This document shows positions 47,941 through 59,103 of a stretch of DNA of 64,000 nt, in pieces. The DNA is taken from NCBI GenBank assembly GCA_965603825.1, contig CBFDEM010000018.1, positions 248,001 through 312,000 of the forward strand, given 5' to 3'. A program made the translations under genes and the position numbers. Positions within the stretch are counted from its first letter, which is position 1, and each line of letters opens with the position of its first letter. The DNA is from Blepharisma stoltei ATCC 30299 (Eukaryota; Protista; Ciliophora). Under the pieces are notes generated by a model, which saw nothing but the letters and a program-made list of their open reading frames with translations, was not told the DNA's origin and made no database searches.

Positions 47941-48289
47941 AATATATGTCTAGAGATGCATGAGTAAGTATGATAATCATATCTGGCACAAATTTCTATC
48001 TTAATAGAGAAACACTATCTAGTGTAAATTATCATTTATGACTTGCCCATGATAATAAATTAGAATTAAAAATAATTGATAATAATTAAAATCTTTTCAG
48101 CTATCTCCATTTTTTTATATGCTTTTTACACTCAAGATCTTTTAAATCAAATCATTTATTTTTCCAGATTTAAAACTTAAAAGAAAAATAAATCATGGAA
48201 GAGAAAATTATCTAGCGCTTCTTAGGAAAATACCGATTAAAACAATTAACAATAAAATACTTGATAAAATTAAAAGACTAATAATTATT

Positions 48290-49750
48290 CTAGATATGAT
48301 TTCTTGGCATTTTCCCCATAATCACATTTTCAAATTCTTCAAAATCAATCTCCCCATCACCATTAGTGTCAAGTTCTGATATAATATCCCTCCAGATTTT
48401 ATCCAGCACGCGTCCATCTTCTCCAATCGCATCTTTTATCTCCTTTTTAGTAATCGTTCCATTTTTATCTTTATCAAACATAGCGAAAGCCGCCTTAAGA
48501 TTGCCAACAGACATAAGTCTTCTTTGGTCCATAGATGCCTTTAAAAATTCTGTATAATCAATAAATCCGCTTTTATCAGTATCGACCTCTTTCATGATTT
48601 TTTTAACTTCTTCTTTAGCTTCTTCTTGGCCCATAAACTTGATATATTGTTCCATCAGCTCGGCTTTGCTTAGTTTTCCATCTCCATTCTTGTCGATTGA
48701 TCTAAAAACTTCTTTAAGACCTCTTGTATCATCGTTAGAAATGCAATGCAAGGTTATAAATGTACTTAATGCGTCCCTCAATTTTCCTTTACTTTGAAAC
48801 CCCTTTAAATTGTCAAGAGCTGGCTCTAACGATTGGGTATTTTGAATTTCTGGGCAGACTCTTTGAATTCATGGATGTGCTAAGGCTTCTTTTGCATTCA
48901 ACCTTGTTTCCATAGGGCTCAATAGTGCTGAGATTAAATCTTTTGCGTGCCTAGAAACTTCAGCCCAGACTGGCTCTCTAAATGACCAATCTCTTTTGGA
49001 AATTTTCACAAACAACTCTTCTTGGTTTCTTGCTTGAAAAGGAGGATGCCCAGACAGCATCATGTAAATAATTACACCACAGCTTCATAAATCACATTTG
49101 AAATTATATTTTCCTGAAATAACTTCTGGTGCCATGAAATAGGCAGTTCCGATGACTTCATTAAGTCTTTTAAATCTTTTTGATACTTTTGCAATTCCAA
49201 AGTCAGAAACCTTGATGCTATTAAGTTCTCCTTTATTTTCTAGAAGGATATTCTGAGGCTTTAGATCTCTATGGATTACATTATGCTCATGTAAATAATC
49301 TACAGCTGAAAACAATTGCTTTGCAACTGAAGCTGCATCATCTTCTGAAAATTGGCGCCTTTTAATAATTTCATCAAACAGCTCTCCTCCTTTGCACAAC
49401 TCCATCACAATATAAGCTTTTTTTATGGAATCGAAATATTCAAAAATTCGGACAATATTTGGATGATCAATCGATTTCATCACGTTTACTTCATTGAGGA
49501 GTTCAGCTTCTGGCATAGAATTAGTGTTTTCTTTCGTAAAAATCTTAACTGCGCGCAGCTGACCCGAATCTCTATGAGTAGCTTCTCTAACTTCTCCATA
49601 GCCACCCTGGCCTAAGGACCTCCCAATCTCATAGACATCAATAAACTTAAGTTTATTAGCACTCACAAAAAGACCTGGCTCAATATCAACATCATCCTTA
49701 CCTGAATGCTTTTTACGGAAACTTGCTTGCTTTCCAAAACAACAACCCAT
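48290..49750 (-). CDS. Calcium-dependent protein kinase, 486 aa, intronless
   Basis: MGCC, GQGGYG, AVK, HRDLKPQN, DFG, APE, DL-TGA, HP-TGA, 4 EF-hands. Confidence 0.95.
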
Positions 49751-49818
49751 GATTTATTTGTCTAGCTATACAGTAAAATAATAAGTTTGTATTATAATTT
49801 ATGGACCATAATTTTAAT

Positions 49819-51261
49819 TTATAGCTTTCTCATCACTAGTGCCTCGAATTCTTTGATATCAATTTCGCCGTTACCGTTGGAATCTACTTCTCTCAAAATC
49901 TCACTCCACACGTCATCTGGAGTATTTTTTCCATGACAGAGAATATTCCTAAGCTCACTAACATTAATTGTCCCGCTTCTATCTGTATCGAATACGTTAA
50001 ATGCAGCTCTTAAATTTTCTTTTGAAATCAGCATTTGGCTATTGAATGTAGCCTTAATAAATTCATTATAATCAATGTAGCCGCTTTTATCAGTGTCTAC
50101 TTCTTTCATAATTCGCTTTACCTCGGTTTTCGCTTCATTCTCTCCCATCATTTCTAAATATTTTGACATCAATTCTATTTTGCTTAATTTTCCATCTCCG
50201 TTGGAGTCAATTGAAACAAAAACTTGTTTTAATTCTTTGGTTTCTTCTGATGTAGCAATCTGTGAGGTGAGGAATGAGGTTATAGCGTCTTTTAGTTTGT
50301 TTTTCTTCTGGAATGCTTGCAAACTTGAAAGGGCGCCTCTCATTGCATTTGGATCTTGAGAAACTGCAGACCTCCTTGTGATCCAAGGGTGCTCTAAACA
50401 GTCTTTTGCTGATAAGCGAAACTTAGCAGGACAAATGAGTTCTGAAATTAAGTCTTTGGCTTCAGAAGAGATATGAGACCAATATTGGTCTTCAAATTTT
50501 AGCTCGCATTTTGTAATTTCAGAGAAGATTTCTTCGTTTGTATTCCCGTCAAAAGGGGGACGACCAGTTAGTAAAATATAAAGGATAACTCCACAGCTTC
50601 AGATGTCGCATTTTAAATCATAATGCCCTGCCACTACTTCAGGGGCTAAAAACAAGGCAGTCCCAATAATTTCTCTGGATTTATTTTTTGATAGTGTAGC
50701 AGTCCCAAAATCAGAAACCTTTATATTTGTTATATCGCCTTTGCTCTCTAAAAGCATATTTTGCGGTTTCAAGTCTCTGTGAGCTATGTTTTTATCGTGC
50801 AAATATTTGACTGCAGAAAAAAGCTGTTTCATTATGCAAGCAGCATCGTCTTCACTAAAAGTTGATCTTTTCAATAATTCTTCAAATAGTTCACCCCCTT
50901 TGCAGAGCTCCATAACCAAATATGACTTTCTAGGGGTGTCGAAATATTCATATATTTTAACTATGTGAGGATGGTCAATTATCTTCATCATATTGACTTC
51001 ATTCAAAAATTCTTTTGTTTGAGCTTGGGAGTTTAAATCTTTGGGTAAAATTTTTACTGCTCGCTGGGAATTCGTTATTCTATGTGTAACCACCCTGACC
51101 TCACCAAACGATCCCTTGCCAAGGGAGGCACCAAACTCATAAACATCGATAAACTTCATGTTATTCTGCTTTATAAAAAGACTAGGCTCTGAATGGATGT
51201 TGTTGTGACTTTGATTTTGGATAATTGAAGGCTTTTTTGCTTTAGATGAAGTGCAACCCAT
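49819..51261 (-). CDS. Calcium-dependent protein kinase, 480 aa, intronless tandem paralogue
   Basis: MGCT, GKGSFG, AVK, HRDLKPQN, DFG, APE, DI-TGA, 4 EF-hands. Confidence 0.95.
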
Positions 51262-51354
51262 TTTTATTATGCCGATAAAATCAAGAAATAATATAATAAA
51301 GATAATAAATCAGTTTAATCACGCCCGAGGCGTCTTAATTTATTGCTTTTACTA

Positions 51355-51612
51355 ATTATCTCATTATTCTAGCGCTCTTTATTCTTTTAATTTCATCTTC
51401 ATCTTCGCTATTCTTTCTTTTCATATTAATCATGCCTCTGGGTTGTTTAACTAATTTCTTTTTATATATTTTTTCTTCGAATTTTATTTTTTTTCATGAG
51501 AATTTTTATACAACTTTTTTTATAGAATTTACGAAAATTAGACCAGTTGTTTTTTCAATGCAACCCCACTTCCAAGTGTTTTGATAATTTTATAGTGATC
51601 TAGAATTGACAT
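51355..51612 (-). pseudogene. Collapsed protein-kinase remnant
   Basis: MSILDHYKIIKTLGSG, then a frameshift to IEKTTGLIFV, stops, and a charged tail. No catalytic core. Confidence 0.45.
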
Positions 51613-52643
51613 TTATAGGAGGTTTATTTAGTTTTTTTATTAATTTGAATTAGGGATTGCTTATATAAAGGAAATAATTTAGTATTAATTATGCAAGTTT
51701 ATTAAATTAGCCGCGTTTCCATTTTAGCTTTTTTCCAAATTCAAGTCACTTTCTTATTTAAAAAGATGAATATGGGCCTTGAATCTTGAGTTATCACCCT
51801 ATCATTTCTTCTGCACAAAATTGGCCAAAATCAGATCAGATAGCATCATAATAAAGCTTCTCTTTCTCAAAATCTCTGGCGCGGCAAAGCCTTCAGTTAT
51901 GAGAGTTGAGAAAAAGGCTGCTTCGTATATCATTTGATACATTTATTAATTAACCAAATAGGCTGCAATAATATAGTTCTTTAAATAGTGATAAATATGT
52001 ATTTAGAGCTAATTGAGTAATTAATATGCCAGATAAAATAAATTTACTGAGGAAGGATTAACATCAGCGCCCTAGCGATGATTATTTCACTTCTCCTTTG
52101 AATTATTTGAGGTATTATTCAATCTTGTAACAATTATTAATTAATAGAAGCTCATTATAATTAAAAGGGGAAAAAAAATCTAAAACTATCGCAAGACTGT
52201 GAAGAAAATATAAGAAAATAAATATCTCTAAAATTACTTGGCTGATTAGAACTATTTCTTTTATAAACTCTTAATAATTCCAAGTAAATATTATTTACAA
52301 TAAATTTATATCAGACATAAATTATCAAGTTTATTTAAGTATTAATATGGCTCTTGAAATCGAAATTAATTGCTTTGCTTTAGCCCACAGAAGTATCTTA
52401 AGGTTACAAATATTGCATAGGAGTATAATTTAAAACTGAGTCTAAACCCATTCGAATTTATGTAATACAAGCTACCATTCTGTTATCAAAGATCTGGTTT
52501 CCAATCCTATATTAGCTTCTTTATTGAACATAACTCTCACGAATATCTTCATTAGATATCTGTAAGTTTTGGACTACTATTACCCATATAAATTTGCATG
52601 AATATTTCTTTAATTCTCAATTATTATTTTTAAATAATTCAAT

Positions 52644-53441
52644 ATGATAACTGAAGCTTTAAAAAGCCAGGTAGAGTCCTTGAGACACCAAATTGATTTG
52701 GTAACCAAAGTGCATGCCGCAGATTTAAAAAGTACCCGTGCAGCTCTTGATAAAAAAATAGATGCAGCTTATAATGATAAAGAGCTCTCATTATCCCATC
52801 AAAGTGACAAGCTAAATGAGCTTCAGCAAGCCTTAATCTCAGAAAGAGAAAGATCCACAAAGCTCCGTATTGAATTTCAAGAAACAAAGCTAAGCAACGA
52901 CCAAGAAATCGCAAATTTACACGAAAAAATCCGACGTATCAAAATAGAAATCCAAAATGCAAATGAAGATTTCCATAAGCACCTCAAACCACAACTCCAA
53001 GCAATGAAAGAAGAAGAATATAAGCTATCAGAGTCCCATAAAGACTATTTAGAATCCCTCAGCAGCGAGCATTCTCAAATGCTTGAAAAACTCAAAACTC
53101 AGTCAGCCACAATCCTTCAAAATATTCAATCACTGCAGATGGAAAAAGAAGAACTCAAAAGAAAACTCGCAATCAAAGAAGGTTGTGGCACAAAAGACAT
53201 TGAAATCCTGAATGAAGCTGTAAAATCGACTCGTCACGTTGTAGAACTACAAGAAACCAGCATAAAAAGACTGAAATTTGCATGTGATGAGATTAATGAA
53301 GAAAAAACAGCACTTGATAGAGAACAGAGATTACTGGAAGAAAGGGAATATATATTAAAGCACGAAAATGCAGGGATGAGAGAAACCATAGAAAGGCTAG
53401 AAAGAATGATTTATGGAAAAAAATCACCTAGAAAAGACTAA
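52644..53441 (+). CDS. Coiled-coil protein
   Basis: 265-aa heptad-rich ORF. Confidence 0.8.
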   Translation: MITEALKSQVESLRHQIDLVTKVHAADLKSTRAALDKKIDAAYNDKELSLSHQSDKLNELQQALISERERSTKLRIEFQETKLSNDQEIANLHEKIRRIKIEIQNANEDFHKHLKPQLQAMKEEEYKLSESHKDYLESLSSEHSQMLEKLKTQSATILQNIQSLQMEKEELKRKLAIKEGCGTKDIEILNEAVKSTRHVVELQETSIKRLKFACDEINEEKTALDREQRLLEEREYILKHENAGMRETIERLERMIYGKKSPRKD

Positions 53442-53463
53442 TATTTAATTATTAAAAAATAAA

Positions 53464-55533
53464 ATGTTTGAAGGCGATAAACTCTTTCCTGTCTGGGGTA
53501 AACACTTTCCTTCAATTATAGAGAAAGAATTCACAGTAAATGAAATCAAAGAAATGCGCAAGAAGATAAAAGAAACTCCTTACAAAGAATTATTCGAAAA
53601 AAATAGGCAGTTTTTCAACCCATACGCAACTTCTAAATATCTAGAACTGCCACCTTTAAAGGCAGTAAAGCTTGAAGAAGACGGGCTAAAGGACAAAGTA
53701 AACTTTAAAGGGAAGGATGGAAATGTTTATACAGGACAAGTTGACGAAAGAAATAGAAGAAATGGGTTAGGATATTTGCTATACGTTGATGGATCGCTGC
53801 ATATGGGATTTTTTTATGCTGGGGCAACTAAAGGTCGAGGACGCCGAATTGATACAAACGGAATTGTTTATCAAGGAAATTTCAAAGATGGAGTGCTTAA
53901 AGGAGAAGGGTCTGTTACCTGACCGAACGGATTTTCATATGATGGAAGCATAGAAGATGGAATCCCACATGGGACTGGCACAGAAACGACTGAAGATTAT
54001 ACATATACAGGCAATTTTGTAAGAGGGGAAAAACACGGATATGGGGAAATTAATTGAAAAGATGGGTCTTGGTATAAAGGACATTTTACGATACAAAAGA
54101 TTGAAGGAGAAGGAGTCTATCATTGGACGAATGGAAATGAATATGAAGGTGAATGATTTCGAAATAAAATGCATGGAAAAGGAATCTTTAAATGGGCGGA
54201 TGGAAAGGTCTATGGAGGTGATTTTTCACATGGTCAGAGAGAAGGCCATGGAAAACTTACATGGCCTAGTGGAAGACAATATGAGGGATATTGGGAGAAA
54301 GGCTTATATGATGGCATTGGAATAGAAATATTAGAAGATGGCACAGCAATTGAAGGGGTGTGGGTGTCTGGAACAATATTTAAAAAATTCGATCCGGTTG
54401 TTCCGGGTCCTGATGAAGATCTATTTGATCACATTGGTTCTAGAGAAGTTTTAAAACAGCTTGCTCCAAACTATGATGAACTTTTAAAGAAGGTCAAAAT
54501 AGTAAGAAGAATAGGGAAAATTCCTAAGAGTGAGCCTGTTTCTGATAGCTTTAAAGAGCCTGAAACAGACTACTCAAGAGAAGCTAAAAAAGAACGCCGA
54601 GAGATCCTGGTTAAAGATATCAACGACAAAAAGAGTCAAATGAGAAACAAAAGGCTTAAAGAAAAAAACATTAATACGGACGACCCCAGAAAAGCAATTT
54701 TATTGGATTTAGAAAGTCCTTTATCAAAGCATCAAGTTTTCCTTAAAGCATATACAATACATGCAACCTTGCCACCATTCAACTATGAAGATCCTGATTT
54801 TGAAATGCCCTTTGATTTAAATTTTTATGAAGAATGAACTGATGTGGGAGAAGGAAAGTTATATAAAGGACAAGTCGACGATAACGACAAAGCACAAGGA
54901 ATGGGAACTCTTTTATATAAAGGAAGAATTTATGAAGGATTTTGGAAAAACAATAAAAAACATGGCTTAGGACGTCAGATTGGTGCGAAGGGCGACGTTT
55001 ATCAAGGATATTGACTCGATGGGAAAAGAAATGGCTTTGGAGTCTATGAAATTGTAGATAAAAATTATCTGTATATTGGAGACTGGGAAGATGACGTTTT
55101 CCATGGCAGAGGAATATTGACTACAGCAGAGGCAGCATACGAAGGAGAATGGAAAGAAAACAAGCAGCATGGAATTGGAGCTTTAGTATATGATGATGGT
55201 AGAGTTTACAATGGAGAGTTTAAACAAGGAATTATCCAAGGATACGGATCCTTAATTTGGCCGAACGGAAAAGGCTATGCAGGACAATGGAAAAACGGAG
55301 AAATGATCGGAGTTGGAACTCAAGTGACCAAAGAAATAAAATCTTTATACGAGCAAGGCCTCGCTGACTATATATCAAAGCGTGCTTTCAAGGACAGCGA
55401 CATAAAATCATTTATCCCAGAAAGTGAAATCCCAGAAGAAGGAACTTTCGGCGTTGTCAGAAGCAAGATATCCGAAAACCCCCAAGAGCTTCAAGAAAGC
55501 TATATTCCTGACGAGCCTGGAGCTATAGATTAA
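53464..55533 (+). CDS. MORN-repeat protein, 689 aa
   Basis: Many YxGxW/F..G..xGxG repeats in one frame through TGA at 53920, 54055, 54154, 54835 and 55012. Confidence 0.92.
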
Positions 55534-55544
55534 TTTTAATATAA

Positions 55545-57311
55545 ATGGAGCAATCTGTGCTAAGCACTGAGTTTGTGACTAATTTTGAAACAGTAGAAAA
55601 ACAAGAAGAAAACAGGCTGAGAGAAATAATCACCGAAAACCCACTTGATTTCGATAGTTGGCAAGACTTAGTGAAGCACATTGAAAGCTATGTAAGATTC
55701 ATTTAGAAATCATCTGATCGCAATGTAAAAATCTATAGAGAAATTCTCAAAGAATATCCGCTCTGCTATGGATACTGAAGGAAGCTTGCTGACATATATG
55801 CAGTCCAAGGATTAGATGACCAAGTTATAGGTGTTTTCGAAGAAAGCTTAGAATTTCTCCCTGTCTGCGTAGAAATATGGGCAGCCTACTGCAGCTGAAA
55901 GATGAACAAAAACAACGAAGAAGAAGCTCGACAGTAAGTATTTATATAAGCTTGTACTTATTATAGGTTATTTGAAAGAGCTATTACAGCTTGTGGCAAG
56001 AGTTTCAAGTCTACTTTATTGTGGGATAAATACATCGAATTCGAAAAAACCAAAAAACGCTATGAAAACGTAGGGAACTTATATTGGAGGATTATCCAAA
56101 TCCCTAATGAAAAACTGCATGACTATTATCACCGCTTCAAGCTCTTCATGGAAGCAAAAGGCAGAAAAATGGAGCATTATGGGGTCAGCCTGCCTCCACA
56201 GCCTGATTCAGTCCCTGTTGACAAAAGCGATCCTTGTAAAGATAAAGCAGGTTATGAAACAAAAGCTGAAATGTATTATTCAGCTACTTGTGAAGTTTTA
56301 AGGCAAAACAGACTGACAGAAATAGTAAAAGCTTATGAAGCTACTCTTAAAGAATACAATAAAAGAAAAAATTATGAACTAAATATCAAGAGAACGTTTT
56401 TCCATGCCAAAGCACTCGATGATGGACAATTAGATAACTGGAGGAAGTATTTAGAATTTGAAGAATCTGAAGGAGATCATGAAAGAATTGTGTTGCTATA
56501 TGAAAGATGCATAACCCCAACTTGTAATTATCCAGAGTTTTGGGTCAGATATGCGTCGTATATTTATAAGAAGTATGGAGAACAACAAGCTAGAGAAATC
56601 TATGAAAGAGCAAATACGAAATTTTTATCAAGAAGGGTTGGGATGTTTATAGCTCAAGGACAATTTGAAGAAAAATTAGACCATTTTGATGAGGCTAGAG
56701 CACTATATAAGCATGCTTATGTTGATTTAGTCCCAGGACTTTTTGATGGATTATTTAAACACTTGAATTTAGAAAAAAGAGCAGGAAATTTAATAGAGGT
56801 TGAAAAGCTATATAGCCAGGCTTTTCAATTTGCTGAAACTTCTACACAAGATGTACTTATTGCATTTGTATATCAAAACTACGCACAATTTCAGTTCTAT
56901 ACGATGAACAGACCTCAAAAAATGATTGAGCTGTATGAAGAAGCGTTATCAAAAGTATCGAGCAGAAAATCGTTATATCTCATATATATTCAATCATTAT
57001 CTCATCTAAATAATTCAGACGAAAGACTTATAAAAATCAAGGGAACGTATGAAAAAGCTATATCAGACGAAAGCGAAGTAATTTTTATATAGTTAAGCAC
57101 AGAGGAGAAAGAAGAAATGTGGATTTTATATTTAGACTTTATTAGGGATCAATGGATGGATATCGATACTGTGAGAGAACTAGAAGAAAAATATGCAGAA
57201 AAATATTATTTGTCAGTGCCTTATAAAACTTCATACTCACAGCTGCTGAATATTAAAGGAGCAAGAGTTCAAGATTCTGGTCCATACAAAAGAGCAAAAA
57301 TAGCTAATTAG
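55545..57311 (+). CDS. PRPF39: Pre-mRNA processing factor 39 (U1 snRNP HAT-repeat protein), ~567 aa
   Basis: NPLDFDSW, YPLCYGY-TGA-RKLAD, LFERA..CG..FKSTLLWDKYIEFE, IKRTFFH.K.LD..QLDNWRKYLEFE, LYERC...C.YPEFW. Introns at 55692-55706, 55934-55966 and 57078-57092. Confidence 0.92.
55692..55706 (+). other. 15-nt intron GTAAGATTCATTTAG
   Basis: Removes an in-frame TAG. Confidence 0.9.
55934..55966 (+). other. Atypical 33-nt intron GTAAGTATTTATATAAGCTTGTACTTATTATAG
   Basis: The unspliced frame contains TAA stops. Removal restores the HAT motif EEARQLFERA. No 15- or 16-nt GT-AG option exists here. Confidence 0.8.
57078..57092 (+). other. 15-nt intron GTAATTTTTATATAG
   Basis: Removes TAG; frame continues LSTEEKEEMW. 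Confidence 0.9.
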
Positions 57312-57524
57312 TAATAAGTTATAGCAGCTATTTAATAAATTTGTTTTTTCTTCTTTCTTCTGCCTTCTAATTTGACGTAATTGCTATCTTATTGTACAAT
57401 AAGTTTAAAAAAATTATCTGTCTATACTTTACGCAAGTAATTTAAGTCCATAAATGATTAGATTTTCCTTTTTATTGGATAGATAAATAAAAAACTTTTA
57501 TAATTCACTATAATTCAAAAATTG

Positions 57525-58358
57525 ATGGAGAAAAAAGCCTCCTTCGCCTATTCAAAGTCAGTTTCCCTAAAAAGGTCAGATTTCATACTCCCACTATTCA
57601 AAAGAAAAGTTTGGGATAAGGAGTCTGAAACTACTCGAGTTTACAACTGAAGTACTAGCATTCCAGATCGTTGGATCGAAATAAAGGGCAGGGGTCATTT
57701 TAAACATGTTTCAGAAACTTCAAATATAAAAAATACACTAGATTTTTTAGTGTCATCACAAAAATACATCAATAAAATATCAGCCCCTGCCTTAGAAAAA
57801 TATCAATCATTGACAGAGCACAAAGCACCGAAAATCATCAAGCCAAAAACATCGAAGCCTTCAAAAAAAAGCATTTTTGGGTTTCCAAAAACGCCTAAAA
57901 AACCACTTGATGCTGAAAATATCCCTGCAAAGCCAATTCATATGAAATCTTCATTTACAGCTCATCACTGACCCAACAAACGAATCTCTAATAGTTTGAA
58001 ACCAAAATACACAATGAAATCGCAATGTTTCCAATTTGAAGATTTTGTTCTCAAAGAATCTGAAAGCTACCCAGATCTTAAGCAGTTCCGTGATAAATAT
58101 ACAATAACAAACTTTGCGCTACCAAATGGATTAACTACAGTGCATAAGGAAAACGAAGAAAATGAAGGGAAAAATCCTAATGTGGTAAATAATCCGAGTC
58201 TTGAAGAATTTTTAAAGAGATTTGACAGAAAAGATACTTCTATTGAAGCACCAAAAGAGAGAAGAGGAGTTAATGGATGGAAACTCACAAGAGGGTCATT
58301 AAAATCTTATAGAAAAGGACGGAGCAGCTCTATGCCAAGATTGGATTCTGAGAGATAG
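57525..58358 (+). CDS. Hypothetical basic protein, 277 aa
   Basis: ATG at 57525; one frame through two TGA joins ORFs 57750-57971 and 57996-58358. Confidence 0.75.
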
Positions 58359-58448
58359 AAGAGCTACAAACTAATAATAAATGTATTGATAAATAACGAA
58401 GTCTGGGATAAAATAAAATATACTAAAAATTTTGGTGAATCAACTTTA

Positions 58449-59030
58449 TTAGTTACCTCTTGAATATCTCACGTATTTAAGCTGCTTCTTTGAATATGAT
58501 CCTTGGGACCTTTTCTTTTCTTCTCGGGTTCGCTTTGGTGGATCTACTAACACCATGTTGTCCAATTCATTACGATTCTCAGGCAAAGGCTCTCCCTTTT
58601 CTCTTCTTTCCTTCAAGTATCTATGAATTTTTTGATTCAAACGAAACTGTCTTAAAACTTTATTGACATCATCTACGTTATATCCACTGACTAGTGCAAT
58701 TTCCTTTTTTGTATCTAATTCGAATCTTTCTTCTGTCAGCTCAGAGTCATGGAAAGCGTTTAAAATCTTCTTTGTTTTCTCTTTTTCTGCTTCTTCGATC
58801 TGGGTTCCTGATTGCCAAAATTTGCTAAGCGCATTGCCAGAATTTTTTATTAATTCCATAATTTCTTGCTTAAAATCTCTCAAGTAGTAAACTTCTTTTG
58901 AGCTGATATCTTCTAAATATTTTTTGAATGACTCTTCTTGTTTTTTCAAATTCTTCTCTTGCTGTCTTTCTTGAAAAGTTCTGGCAAATCTGAGAGAAGG
59001 CTGTCTAAAAAAGCCACTTAATCTAAGCAT
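58449..59030 (-). CDS. Mitochondrion-targeted Ffh/SRP54 M-domain-like protein (candidate mitoribosomal mL105)
   Basis: Arg-rich presequence MLRLSGFFRQPSLRFAR; KILNAFHDSEL...KKEIALVSGYNVDDVNKVLRQF resembles the M-domain helix-turn-helix. Confidence 0.65.
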   Translation of the reverse strand: MLRLSGFFRQPSLRFARTFQERQQEKNLKKQEESFKKYLEDISSKEVYYLRDFKQEIMELIKNSGNALSKFWQSGTQIEEAEKEKTKKILNAFHDSELTEERFELDTKKEIALVSGYNVDDVNKVLRQFRLNQKIHRYLKERREKGEPLPENRNELDNMVLVDPPKRTREEKKRSQGSYSKKQLKYVRYSRGN

Positions 59031-59103
59031 TTATTAAAATTTGCTTAAAAAGAAAAATTATGGTGATTTATTAATTTGATAAAATTACACAAAATTGCAG
59101 TTA

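Noticed and set aside
55934-55966. Two tiny introns (17 + 13 nt) around a 3-nt CTT micro-exon
   Set aside because: In frame, but gives ARHLLFERA, a worse HAT match, and needs two off-size introns. Kept only as an alternative to test.
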